Shown here piece by piece: positions 35,024-44,110 of a stretch of 48,016 bases of DNA; the first letter of the stretch is position 1; each line of letters begins with the position of its first letter. The notes under the pieces were generated by a model. It did no database searches, was not told the DNA's origin, and saw only the letters and a program-made list of their open reading frames with translations. The stretch lies in IMG/VR virus record IMGVR_UViG_3300033416_000010, positions 1 through 48,016 of that record; one strand, 5' to 3'. Both the position numbers and the translations under genes were made by a program. Source of the stretch: a virus. Lineage: Duplodnaviria; Caudoviricetes.

Positions 35024-35749
35024 TTAAATCTTCCAGGACCCCCTAAAACTACCCCTTGTAGGAATTTTGATGGGGTGGGTGCGGTAAGATGGTGGTCCCG
35101 GGGGAGTCAGGGGGCTAGGATGCGTCCTACAGAGGGGTACAGGAGAAAGAGGGGGGAGGGAAAGTGGAGGAGAATTTTTCGAGGTACTGCATGAAAGGGT
35201 ATTCAACTGCACGCGACGCGCCGGGGGCCACCCCGCGATACCCCGGGGCACCCTGGTCGAATCGAGCTAAACCATAGCAACGACAAGGAGTTACGCAAGC
35301 AAAGCCAGTAAAGGAATGCGATATTCTCTGAGTGGTGTTTTTCCAACCTATACCCCAAAAAACTCGGCCCGAGGGAACGGGACTTAGCCATTTAGCTAAA
35401 TGCATCAAATGGTATAGTCTTGCCTAACTTTCTTAACCTTGCCTATATCCACCCATGCCGATTTCCTTAGCTTTCTTTAGTAAAGACTCTTAATAAAGTC
35501 CAGCTAATCCTTTCCATTCGCACCCTAAGCATTTCCCTTAGTGCTCATAGGGTAACTACTAACTCAAAAACACGTAGTAATACTGGCTAGACCGTTTCTG
35601 TCCCGTCAACGACAATGGCACCGTCAGTCTGTTCCTTGACATACGGTCGCAGCGCACGCGGGTCGCGAGAAGCTTCCTGGTGCCAGACGCATTGCCACTA
35701 CGGCACGCACGCTGCGCAACGGTTCAGGGAGTGGACTGGAAAATGAGTT
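35024..35749. other. Non-coding region, candidate genome terminus/packaging region
   Basis: G-runs, CCCC/GGGG blocks, IHF-like CAAGGAGTTA (35284-35293), AT-richer tract dense in CTAA/TTAG; precedes the early-type gene block. Confidence 0.45.
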
Positions 35750-36658
35750 ATGACACCAACCACAACCGAAACCACAACCGACCAACAGACCAACACAACC
35801 TTGGCGACACAACCGGCAGCCGTTACCCCAACAGTGCCAGAAATCGCCAGAACCGCTGCCCGCTTGGCCATCCGCCGCAACGGCAATGGCACCGGGCAGA
35901 GCAAGCGCAACGGCAATGGCAATGGCTCGCGCAACGCGGGCAGGATTGCTTCTCCGGCAATCACTCGGCAGACTGTTAGTACGCCGGAAACATTCGACGT
36001 TGCGGCGCTTGTCAGCAAGCACTGGGACAACGCCAAGAAGCGCCTAAGCTTCAACGCGGCACTCGATGAGGCGAGAAGCCTCTTGGGACTGGCTCCGAAA
36101 GCAGAATTACCCTCTGAGACATTCCGGGCCATCCGGGACGCGGAGAAGCGCTTCAATGCCGATAAACTCGCAGCGTGGCACGCCAACGCCCGACCGGGCA
36201 GCCTTAGGTTGAGTCAGCGCGATGCTGCTACGTTCGACAAGCAAGGCGCGGTGGCCGACGTGGCGAGAAATCGCCGATCGGCTACCAAGCATGACTTGAG
36301 TACGCAAGCGCAACGCAACGCGTGCGAACAGCAAGCGGTTCAACTCCGCGTGCGATTCAATGCGGTATTGCTCCGGTACGACAACGGCAAGGATAGCTTG
36401 CCCATCCCCGCCACTACAGAGGAGCGGGCCATCGTAGGCGCGGAATTAGCCGTCGTGCGAGCGCGCTTTGCCAGTCTCCGCAAGTTTGCGGGATTCAAGC
36501 TCAGCATCGCCAAGCTTCCGGAGTGGGCGCAAAAGGCACTAGACTCTGCCAGAGCGGCAGGGGAAAAGCGGGCAGAGCAAGAAGCCAAGGTGCGGCGTGA
36601 AGCCAAGGAAGGCACCGGGAAAGCTCTTGGCGTGGCGCGGGAAGGCGCAAGCAAGTAG
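35750..36658 (+). CDS. First early-region protein; Thr-rich and NG-repeat N-terminus, basic Ala-rich helical body
   Basis: 302 aa ORF followed by a strong hairpin. Confidence 0.7.
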   Translation: MTPTTTETTTDQQTNTTLATQPAAVTPTVPEIARTAARLAIRRNGNGTGQSKRNGNGNGSRNAGRIASPAITRQTVSTPETFDVAALVSKHWDNAKKRLSFNAALDEARSLLGLAPKAELPSETFRAIRDAEKRFNADKLAAWHANARPGSLRLSQRDAATFDKQGAVADVARNRRSATKHDLSTQAQRNACEQQAVQLRVRFNAVLLRYDNGKDSLPIPATTEERAIVGAELAVVRARFASLRKFAGFKLSIAKLPEWAQKALDSARAAGEKRAEQEAKVRREAKEGTGKALGVAREGASK

Positions 36659-36686
36659 ACGGTCTGGAAATCGGTTGGACTGACAA

Positions 36687-36720
36687 GCGGGCCAGAGGGA
36701 CAGCACAACCTCTGGCTCGC
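36687..36720 (+). terminator. Strong hairpin after CDS (terminator or processing stem)
   Basis: GCGGGCCAGAGG-N10-CCTCTGGCTCGC; only a weak U tract follows. Confidence 0.45.
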
Positions 36721-36727
36721 CCCATTT

Positions 36728-37600
36728 CTGCCCGTTGCGGACTAGGCCAGCAAAGCTAGTGGCCAGCCTGAACAGCGGGCAGGCATGAGGCGAGAAGCCT
36801 CAAGCGCGTGGCACGCAAAAAGCCGCAATAGCGCAGCATGGCAAGGCCAGTGGCCAAGCCGAGGCAAGCGCAAGTCATAGGCGAGACGCCGAATGGCGAT
36901 GAGAAGCCGAAACAGGCAGCAGTACTTTTGTCTCTCGGAATAACCGTCATGCGCGGTCAATTCCTGAGAGGCGAAGCTGGGGTCTATCATTCGGCCACTC
37001 GTTTGTTCGTACCGCTTCCGCGGGAAAGGCAGGAGATCTGCCGTGACATTTCCGCGGCCCAAGGGCATGGCCAAGAGCGGTGCGAAGCAGCCTAATCAGA
37101 CCAGCTTCGGGGCAAGGCGCGTCCGGGGAATCGGCGGGCATGCGCGGCATACGCCATGCGTCCGCCCTTCCCGTGGTATCCAATCCACACGAGCGAAGTC
37201 GCGGTGAAAAACTTCGTGGACATCCTGCTGCCGCTGTCCTTCAATGGCACACGCAAAGTGAATAGCGTGGCGGCAGGTGGAACGGGGCGCAACCGGAAGG
37301 ACATGTCGTCTTTTCCAGACAGGCGGGAAGCGGAGCGGTGGCGCCCGGAAAATCTTCGGGAAACCATCCATCGCATCAGGGTCCCAATCCCACCCGCGCA
37401 ACCGTGGAAGATGAGCGTGAAATGTCCGGGCAGGTTCAAACGTCAACCTGGGACAAGAAAGGACACAAGCAAACCAACAAACCACCGGGAGGAGTGCGGA
37501 GCCAGCAGGAGACTGCCCATCCGCGAGCGTGCAAGCCGCTCAAGACCGTCACTCCTCCATTTCTTTTTCCCGTCCGCCATGCGGGTTTCTTTCATGGCGA
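36728..37600 (+). ncRNA. Candidate large structured ncRNA (one or several)
   Basis: No convincing CDS. Nested stems 36728-37/36773-82, 36972-80/37101-09, 37006-17/37075-86, 37018-26/37049-57, 37224-32/37269-77 and 37488-96/37550-58. G-U pairs favour the plus strand; GNRA-like loops. Confidence 0.6.
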
Positions 37601-37625
37601 ACAACCAAACAGCAAAAATGAACAT

Positions 37626-37784
37626 ATGGACTACAACCTAGAATATTATCGGCTCCACTATCAGCGGCTCTGCGTAGCCGTGGCCCTCGCCTTGGGCGCC
37701 ACATACGCCGAGGTGGATAAGATGGAAATCCGAGATGTCTACGCCCTGGCGAAGGAGTTGGGCATCGAGGCTGCGGACATCTAA
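37626..37784 (+). CDS. Hypothetical protein (52 aa)
   Basis: MDYNLEYY after an AC-rich leader. Confidence 0.6.
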   Translation: MDYNLEYYRLHYQRLCVAVALALGATYAEVDKMEIRDVYALAKELGIEAADI

Positions 37785-37812
37785 CCAAACAACCAACAAC
37801 AGGAGATAGAAA

Positions 37813-38082
37813 ATGATCAAAGTAAGGCGGATAACCCTGGTGTCCTTCCGGACGAAGGCCGCGGATGGATACCACTACCAGGCGCGCATCCATCACAAGG
37901 GTCGGGTCTGCTCCCAGAAGTGGATCATGAGGGCCGTCAACATGATCTCCGACAAGGCCGCGCAACACGGCTTTGTGGGCGGAGATTGGGCAGTCAGGTC
38001 GTACACGCCGAAGGTGTACGTGGACAGGCCACACGGCTACGTGAGCTGGGAAGGACATGCGAGTTCGATCGGAAACAAGTAA
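37813..38082 (+). CDS. Hypothetical protein
   Basis: AC-rich leader plus AGGAG. Confidence 0.7.
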   Translation: MIKVRRITLVSFRTKAADGYHYQARIHHKGRVCSQKWIMRAVNMISDKAAQHGFVGGDWAVRSYTPKVYVDRPHGYVSWEGHASSIGNK

Positions 38083-38093
38083 AAGGAAACAAA

Positions 38094-38459
38094 ATGAAAC
38101 AAGCATTGTGGTTTAGTCGGCACCTTCCAACAGCCGACCAGCTCTCCGACGCTGAGAAGATCGGCTTCACCATCGTTAACATTCCAGACGGAATGGAGAT
38201 GGGGGCGCGTAACCTGAATAACAAAGAGGAGGTTAGGCAGATCATGCAAGACCTCATCGTGGCCGCGGAGAAAAGCGAAGCGGCGGCCATCTTCGGCGCA
38301 TTTCCATCACCCATCTTGGAGTATTGCCACTACTCCGGATACACAAATGGCGAGCCCATCCACTTGTATTCCTCGTGGAACGTGAACCGGGCGAAGGAGG
38401 GCGAAAAGCCGACATTCGCGCACCTCGCCTGGTGCCAGATTGGAGAACTCATTCCGTAA
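38094..38459 (+). CDS. Hypothetical protein (WFSRH motif)
   Basis: MKQALWFSRHLPTADQ after AAGGA and an A-rich leader. Confidence 0.7.
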   Translation: MKQALWFSRHLPTADQLSDAEKIGFTIVNIPDGMEMGARNLNNKEEVRQIMQDLIVAAEKSEAAAIFGAFPSPILEYCHYSGYTNGEPIHLYSSWNVNRAKEGEKPTFAHLAWCQIGELIP

Positions 38460-38460
38460 C

Positions 38461-38667
38461 ATGTCCCCCTTTGCCAATCTCATCTTCCGCTCCGTCCGCC
38501 GACGGTGGGGCGAAGGATATGCAGAAGTTTGCGCCAAGGAGCTAGGCAAGTGGAACATGGAGCAACGCCGCAGGATTGCGGAAGATCCCTCGTACGGACT
38601 CACGGACGAAGAACGGTTCGAGCTGGCCGTCATCCTGGCGCAGAAGAAACGAAGGAGAAAGAAATGA
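38461..38667 (+). CDS. Hypothetical protein
   Basis: From MSPFANL; tiles between neighbours. Confidence 0.6.
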   Translation: MSPFANLIFRSVRRRWGEGYAEVCAKELGKWNMEQRRRIAEDPSYGLTDEERFELAVILAQKKRRRKK

Positions 38668-38909
38668 CACATAGGGAGTTCCTTATCCTGGCCTACAAGG
38701 AGATGTTCTCCGACCTGTCCTCCCCCATGTGCAACTGCGGGGGATGCATGGAACTGAGGAGAGCCATTCTGGAATGGGGCATAAACAACCCGCAAAATCC
38801 GTTCCCCGGCGGCGGAATTGTGCTGAATGAATCCTCCCTGTTCAAGCTGACCGTGGCCGCTGCGTCTCTGGACAAAGGGCCGATCACGCTCCAGGACTTG
38901 ATGAAATGA
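38664..38909 (+). CDS. Hypothetical protein (CNCGGC)
   Basis: From MTHREFL; AAGGAG and ATGA coupling. Confidence 0.6.
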   Translation: MTHREFLILAYKEMFSDLSSPMCNCGGCMELRRAILEWGINNPQNPFPGGGIVLNESSLFKLTVAAASLDKGPITLQDLMK

Positions 38910-39130
38910 ATGATTCCCATTATCCTAAGGCGTGGGGCGTGCCTAGGCCGCAATGGAAACCTTTGATCTCATCGGAACTATGCCTGAAGTATGCCTTGAG
39001 ATTGGAAAGAAATGCGAAGAGTGAGCGCGCCTCCCTAGAGGAAGCCGTTTCCGGGCTCATGGCCGCAGAGTGGTATCTGGAGATGGCGGTCATCCGGGAA
39101 CGTCAGGAACGGGAGAAGAACCGCACATGA
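38906..39130 (+). CDS. Hypothetical protein
   Basis: ATGA coupling. Confidence 0.6.
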   Translation: MNDSHYPKAWGVPRPQWKPLISSELCLKYALRLERNAKSERASLEEAVSGLMAAEWYLEMAVIRERQEREKNRT

Positions 39131-39345
39131 ACCCCATCACCATCCAGGATCTGAGAACCTTGGGCAATCTGGAAACCCGCGCCCGCATTCACTGGCTGCG
39201 GCGCGTCGCCTCCGACATGGCCAATGGAAAATGGATGCAAGCCTATTGGAGGCTGGATGAATTGTTGGACATGCGATGCATCACCCCCGACGACCACCTG
39301 TACTGGATGGTCCTGATCAAAAGCGGAACCAAGCCCTGGCACTGA
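39127..39345 (+). CDS. Hypothetical protein
   Basis: From MNPITIQ; ATGA coupling. Confidence 0.6.
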   Translation: MNPITIQDLRTLGNLETRARIHWLRRVASDMANGKWMQAYWRLDELLDMRCITPDDHLYWMVLIKSGTKPWH

Positions 39346-39352
39346 TTTCCCC

Positions 39353-39372
39353 TGCGGTACTGAACCAACAAC
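39353..39372 (+). repeat. Intergenic 20-bp repeat, copy 1
   Basis: TGCGGTACTGAACCAACAAC; 18/20 identical to 42973-42992. Confidence 0.7.
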
Positions 39373-39394
39373 ACAACCACAACACAGAGAGAAA

Positions 39395-39658
39395 ATGAAG
39401 ATCAAAGTCATGTTCACCGAAAGCCGTCCCCGTCCCGTCAATATCGGGACGCACGGCAAACATCAGTTCAACCACCACGCCGACGAGCGCGTCATCCACC
39501 TGGATGGCGAAGCGGTGACATTGCCGTTACCTAAACGCTCCCGGCACGAGCGGAAGGAACAGAAGCGGGAGGAGTTCCGCCAGCAGGAGGAGTGGAGGCA
39601 CAACCATCCGGTGTTGTCGAACCGGGTGTTAGTCGTGGACTACATCCCCCCGAGGTAA
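39395..39658 (+). CDS. Hypothetical protein
   Basis: AC-rich leader, 87 aa. Confidence 0.65.
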   Translation: MKIKVMFTESRPRPVNIGTHGKHQFNHHADERVIHLDGEAVTLPLPKRSRHERKEQKREEFRQQEEWRHNHPVLSNRVLVVDYIPPR

Positions 39659-39661
39659 ACC

Positions 39662-39835
39662 ATGTCCGAACAAGTCAAAGTCATGTGGACCCGGCCCATC
39701 TTCAACCGTTTCAAGCTCGCCTATGCGCGGGCTGTGAAGGACGAAGCGGGCCTGTTCACATTCGACGGCCGTGAGTACGTGGTCAGCTACGCAAAGTATC
39801 TGATCGAGTATCTCGAAACCAAGGTGAGACAATGA
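39662..39835 (+). CDS. Hypothetical phage protein (57 aa; not in ORF track)
   Basis: MSEQVKVMW...FTFDGREYVVSYAKYLIEYLETKVRQ; GAGG upstream and coupled to the next gene. Confidence 0.7.
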   Translation: MSEQVKVMWTRPIFNRFKLAYARAVKDEAGLFTFDGREYVVSYAKYLIEYLETKVRQ

Positions 39836-40071
39836 GCATCGAACAATTGAAATCATACAGCCACTGCCACCAGCTCCAAGCAGGACAGCACATCTGCCAC
39901 GTCCAGTTCGAGGGAGGGTTTAGCTGGACCGGGATATATGACGATAGCAATGGCCACTGGATGCAGATGGCAGACATGCAGGAAGTCGGATACCTGAACG
40001 TCATCCATCTCGGAGGGGAGGACTACAAAATCGCGCACATCCTGGAATACAAGACGAATTCAACATCATGA
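39832..40071 (+). CDS. Hypothetical protein
   Basis: ATGA coupling. Confidence 0.6.
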   Translation: MSIEQLKSYSHCHQLQAGQHICHVQFEGGFSWTGIYDDSNGHWMQMADMQEVGYLNVIHLGGEDYKIAHILEYKTNSTS

Positions 40072-40346
40072 AAACCAAATACAAGATACCAAGAAGTTGG
40101 AGCAAACTGACCATCAAAAACATTCGCGAAGCAGAAAGGGAAATGATGCGAGACTATGCCAAGTTTCTGATCAACCCCAAGGCTGCAACCGGCAGTCCCG
40201 GAGTGGGAAAGTCGTGTATCGCGGAGCGCGCCGTGCGGAAGATGAACCGTAGGCGCAAGCGCAAGAACAAAATCAAGTTCATTCGACCCATCCTGTCGAA
40301 GTGCGATGCCATGGCCTGTGAAGGATTCCCCCATCCAACATCATGA
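40068..40346 (+). CDS. Truncated MoxR-AAA-like protein (Walker A fragment)
   Basis: TGSPGVGKS...IKFI...CD...EGFPHPT resembles EGEPGVGKS...VKYI...ED...AGFPFPS of 43016..44110. Confidence 0.6.
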   Translation: MKTKYKIPRSWSKLTIKNIREAEREMMRDYAKFLINPKAATGSPGVGKSCIAERAVRKMNRRRKRKNKIKFIRPILSKCDAMACEGFPHPTS

Positions 40347-40513
40347 AACTCTTCGCCTATTACCTATTCACTCTCGCCCTAGGCGTGTCCCTGGCCGGCA
40401 TCGTCCTCATGTTCAGGCTGGACTTCACCTGGGAACGGGCATGCAGCGTCATGCTCTGTCTCTCGGTGGCCGCTTCTGCGCTCTACATCTGCCGCACCCT
40501 GCCTGACAAATGA
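40343..40513 (+). CDS. 56-aa two-TM membrane protein (not in ORF track)
   Basis: MKLFAYYLFTLALGVSLAGIVLMF...CSVMLCLSVAASALYIC; ATGA overlaps at both ends. Confidence 0.65.
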   Translation: MKLFAYYLFTLALGVSLAGIVLMFRLDFTWERACSVMLCLSVAASALYICRTLPDK

Positions 40514-40671
40514 AACAGCTCACCCTTCCCCACCTTAACCGCAACCACATACCCGCAAAGTCCCGCCGTCAGCGCACCTCGGAGGGCTGGTTCCGCCTGA
40601 TGCGCGCGCTGGTGGACCGGTCGCCGGATCTCAGGGAGAAGCTGGTCAGCGTAACCACCAACAGAAAGTAG
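40510..40671 (+). CDS. 53-aa basic hypothetical protein (not in ORF track)
   Basis: MKQLTLP...RRQRTSEGWFRLMRALVD; ATGA coupling. Confidence 0.55.
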   Translation: MKQLTLPHLNRNHIPAKSRRQRTSEGWFRLMRALVDRSPDLREKLVSVTTNRK

Positions 40672-40675
40672 TAAC

Positions 40676-41074
40676 ATGACAAGAGAAACTTGCAGAACAT
40701 TACTGGACAACGGGGTGCTTCAAGCATTCGCCGAAGGAAAAACAATACAGTTCCAAGAAGATCCAGAAGAACCTTGGCTGGATGTAGAGAGGCCGGCCTT
40801 TCCAGGGGAACCTGCTCAGTATCGCATCAAACCCGAGCCGTACACAGTCAAAGTCCCCATGAAGCCGGAGGACTACCCTCCAGTTTTCTGGGTGCGGGAC
40901 AGGAGACATAAGAGTGCTGTGTTCCTCGTCCTGTACATGGACGAAACCGCAGTCATATTCGGACTGGATGAGCCTCCCGCGTGCACCACTTACATGGAGC
41001 TGGCCGACAGCTGGGAGTACTCAAGCGACCGCAAAGTCTGGTGCCCTTGTTACAAGATGGAGGATGCCACATGA
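40676..41074 (+). CDS. Hypothetical phage protein
   Basis: LQAFAEGKTIQ...W...YRIKPEP, a common phage small-protein pattern. Confidence 0.75.
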   Translation: MTRETCRTLLDNGVLQAFAEGKTIQFQEDPEEPWLDVERPAFPGEPAQYRIKPEPYTVKVPMKPEDYPPVFWVRDRRHKSAVFLVLYMDETAVIFGLDEPPACTTYMELADSWEYSSDRKVWCPCYKMEDAT

Positions 41075-41382
41075 ACCGCGAACAACTCAGCCATTTCCTA
41101 TCCGAGACCGACAAGCTGCTCACCAAGCAGAACGAAGCCAGGATACTACTCCTCGCCTTGCGCGAGCGCCTATGGCTGGAGCTAAAGGCCAATGAGAATG
41201 GGCACACCTATAATCAGATCGAAGGTGTCATCCGGATCGATGGCAAAGTCGTGGCCTACTCGGTCCTGGTTGCCGGAGAAAGACAAAGGGTGGACCTCGT
41301 GCCCTGGGAGCAGGACAACTACGGAAAACCCGTGCTGAAACGAATCCGAAAGCCCACTGAATTCCCCCCACCATTGGAGTAG
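41071..41382 (+). CDS. Hypothetical protein
   Basis: From MNREQL; GGAGG and ATGA coupling. Confidence 0.65.
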   Translation: MNREQLSHFLSETDKLLTKQNEARILLLALRERLWLELKANENGHTYNQIEGVIRIDGKVVAYSVLVAGERQRVDLVPWEQDNYGKPVLKRIRKPTEFPPPLE

Positions 41383-41384
41383 CT

Positions 41385-42065
41385 ATGCCAAGAACACGCC
41401 ACGTCTACCCGACCCACATGATCGCCAGTCTGTGGGCCGCGCAAAGGCTGCATGATGCCCGCAATCCTCAGAAGAACTTCAGCTTCGAGGGCAACGTCAT
41501 CCGCAGCTACAGCACAGTGATCGGGGGATTCTATTCTCACCAGGGAATCCACTTCACCGCGCTCAACATGGGCAGATATGGGCACACCACTCGGCGGCAC
41601 CAGGGCCTGGTCAGTGGTGCTGCGTACAGGCGAAGTATGACCTGCCTGATCTATGAATACGGTAGTCGGGGATGTAATCCTGATGCGCGCCAAGTCATTC
41701 TCTCCGTCATCTCCACCACCATAGAAAAGATGGCGCGGCTCAAATTCTGCGCTGGTAAACTCAGGCCCAGCAACGCGCGTGTTGAAACCTGGATCTCTAA
41801 AGATCTGGAGGACTGGACGAGAAGATTGGAGCGGGTCCGGACCAACTGGCCTGAGGATTTCAAGACTGAACTCGACGCAGTGGATGGCAAAGTGGAGCGC
41901 GCCCTGGAAAAGCATTGGGTCTACCATCGGGAAAGGCTGGACTCCGAGCAGGTAACCCGGATGGCGGAACGGCTGGCGCTCCTATCCGAACATCCTTCGC
42001 GATCCTCATTCCTAAGCGCACTGGAAAATCTCCAACCCATTTCCGGCAATCACCCCGCCGGATGA
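41385..42065 (+). CDS. Hypothetical phage protein
   Basis: 226 aa; FSFEGNVIRSYSTVIG...YGHTTRRHQ. Confidence 0.7.
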   Translation: MPRTRHVYPTHMIASLWAAQRLHDARNPQKNFSFEGNVIRSYSTVIGGFYSHQGIHFTALNMGRYGHTTRRHQGLVSGAAYRRSMTCLIYEYGSRGCNPDARQVILSVISTTIEKMARLKFCAGKLRPSNARVETWISKDLEDWTRRLERVRTNWPEDFKTELDAVDGKVERALEKHWVYHRERLDSEQVTRMAERLALLSEHPSRSSFLSALENLQPISGNHPAG

Positions 42066-42101
42066 ACGAAGAGGGTGGAAAACAAAAAGACAAAACAAAA
42101 A

Positions 42102-42971
42102 ATGAATACAGTTGATACCGTACGCAACCGTGCCCTCCTGGTCCACGTCACCGTGGAAACGCCAGGGCAAACCAAGTCCGATGACGAGCTGACGCGCGAA
42201 GTCCACACCGCGCACAGCGCCAGCGAAGACTCAGGCAACTACGTGAAGAACTTGTGGCCGGCGCCAGTCTTGCAGCCTTGGAAGACCGCAGCCTCCCGAG
42301 TGTCCACCTATCTGCGAAGACCGCCTCCTGTAGGCGTGACGTTTCCATTCGCGGCATCGCTCTACCTCATGCCCACATCCATCTACTTCGATGCCAGTGC
42401 CAGGGCGGGGGAGTTGATCCGGGCAGCCATGAAGGAAGCGGACCGAATCTCCGACAAGTTCGATGACTGGATTGACCAGGCCAAGGCCAGCCGGAATGGC
42501 ATCTTCAATCGCGCCGACTACCCGCCCAGCAAGGAAGCATTCCGCGCCCAATTCAAGATCGACATGCAGTACTTCCCCATTCCCGCGGGCAGCCACTTCA
42601 TGCTCGACATGATTGACGAAGAGGTGCAGGAGGTGGCCCAGCAGACGGACCGCAAAGTGCAGGATGCCTTGGTCGAAGGGCAGCGAACCCTGCTCCGACA
42701 GATGATCCCGCCCATCCAGCGCATGGTGGACACGCTGAAGGACGAAGAGGCCAGCTTCAAGAACAGCCTGGTCAACAACATCGTGACCATGGTGAACCTG
42801 GTGCCGAAGTACAACCTGCTCGGAGATCCCCAGCTCCAGGCATTCGCCGATGAGATGCGAGCCACCCTGATCGTGGATCCGGAGGCCCTGCGCAAGAACA
42901 AGGACTTCCGATCCGAACAGCAAAAGAAGGCGGACGATCTCTGCCGAAAGTTGAAGGCGTATGTGATTTGA
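42102..42971 (+). CDS. DUF3150-like protein
   Basis: ALLVHVTV...KSD...KNLW...FNRADYP...FRAQF...FPIP...YNLLGDPQL; directly upstream of the AAA/vWA pair. Family name recalled, not searched. Confidence 0.6.
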   Translation: MNTVDTVRNRALLVHVTVETPGQTKSDDELTREVHTAHSASEDSGNYVKNLWPAPVLQPWKTAASRVSTYLRRPPPVGVTFPFAASLYLMPTSIYFDASARAGELIRAAMKEADRISDKFDDWIDQAKASRNGIFNRADYPPSKEAFRAQFKIDMQYFPIPAGSHFMLDMIDEEVQEVAQQTDRKVQDALVEGQRTLLRQMIPPIQRMVDTLKDEEASFKNSLVNNIVTMVNLVPKYNLLGDPQLQAFADEMRATLIVDPEALRKNKDFRSEQQKKADDLCRKLKAYVI

Positions 42972-42972
42972 A

Positions 42973-42992
42973 TGCGGTGCTGAAACAACAAC
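42973..42992 (+). repeat. Intergenic 20-bp repeat, copy 2
   Basis: TGCGGTGCTGAAACAACAAC. Confidence 0.7.
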
Positions 42993-43015
42993 CAAACAGA
43001 AAGTGAGATAGAAAA

Positions 43016-44110
43016 ATGAGAAGCAGTAGATTGATACCATTCATCCTGGACTGCTACAAACACGGAAGATCCCTCCTGCTCGAAGGCGAGCCAGGCGTGG
43101 GCAAGTCGGACGTCTTTGACCAGTCCGTGTCCGAACTGAGAAAGATCGGGAGCGTGAAGTACATCATCACCTTCCCCTACATGGAGGATCCCACGGTGCC
43201 GGCGGGATTCCCCTTCCCATCCGAGGACAGGAAGCACGCCACGTTCCTGCCGTTCGGTGCCATGCACGAAGCCCTGACTGCGACCGAGGACTTCATCATC
43301 TGGAACCTGGAAGACCTGGGCTGGGCGGACTTCTCCATGCAGAAAGCCTACGCCAACGTCATCACCAGGCGCCGATTCAATGGGACGAAGCTGCCCGATC
43401 GGCTGACCTTCGCCAGCAGCAGCAACCGGACGACGGACATGTCCGGGGTGACTGGATTCATGGAGGCGCTGAAGTCCAGGTTCGATACCATCATTCACTT
43501 CGATGTCAGCGTGGAGGACTGGGTGAACTGGGCGCTGGTGCACGACATGCCGGTGGAGCTGATCGTCCACATCCGCAACCACCCGCTCCGGCTGCACAAC
43601 TTCACCCCGACGAAGGAGCTGAAGCAGTCGCCCTGCCCGCGCAACTGGGCGCACGTTGGGCTCTGGTGCAACCAGGGATACAAGCCTGACCTCACGCCGC
43701 AGGACAAGCTGAGTGAGAAGGAGCAGGAGAAACTGCTGGAGACCAACATGGGCGTGAAGGAAATCTGGACAGGATCTGTCGGACAGGCGGATGCCACCGA
43801 GTTCTACGCCACCTTTGAACTGATGGCGAAGGCTCCGGACATCGATGCCATCCTGCTGGATCCGGAGAACGCGCCCGTGCCCGAGATGAAGGACGCCTCC
43901 ATCCTCTACGCAGTGACCACGGCGCTGGCCCATCGGTCATCGAAGTCCACGTTCGACACGGCGCTGAGGTACGCGGTCCGCATGCCCAAGGCGTTCGAGA
44001 CGCTGTTCGTGAAGGACAGTCATCGGAGATGCAAAGACATCGTCTCAACCAAGGGATTCAACAAGTGGGCAAATCACAAGGACAACCGGGACATTGTGTG
44101 TGGGTTATGA
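43016..44110 (+). CDS. MoxR-like AAA+ ATPase
   Basis: GEPGVGKS, Walker B-like WNLEDL, ASSSNR, Arg finger ALKSRF, sensor PCPRNW. Confidence 0.88.
   Translation: MRSSRLIPFILDCYKHGRSLLLEGEPGVGKSDVFDQSVSELRKIGSVKYIITFPYMEDPTVPAGFPFPSEDRKHATFLPFGAMHEALTATEDFIIWNLEDLGWADFSMQKAYANVITRRRFNGTKLPDRLTFASSSNRTTDMSGVTGFMEALKSRFDTIIHFDVSVEDWVNWALVHDMPVELIVHIRNHPLRLHNFTPTKELKQSPCPRNWAHVGLWCNQGYKPDLTPQDKLSEKEQEKLLETNMGVKEIWTGSVGQADATEFYATFELMAKAPDIDAILLDPENAPVPEMKDASILYAVTTALAHRSSKSTFDTALRYAVRMPKAFETLFVKDSHRRCKDIVSTKGFNKWANHKDNRDIVCGL

Noticed and set aside
35636-35665. TTGACA upstream of the first early gene
   Set aside because: No -10-like hexamer at 16-18 bp spacing.
36895-36917. GATGAG...CGAAAC resembling a hammerhead ribozyme core
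   Set aside because: Reads CGAUGA rather than CUGAUGA, stem II is essentially absent, and I found no matching stem III with an NUH site.
37429-37451. GCAGGTTCAAA, T-arm-like
   Set aside because: Loop too long, and no acceptor stem or CCA; treated as an ordinary hairpin.
42518-43933. 471-aa minus-strand ORF
   Set aside because: Antisense shadow of the DUF3150-like and AAA genes.
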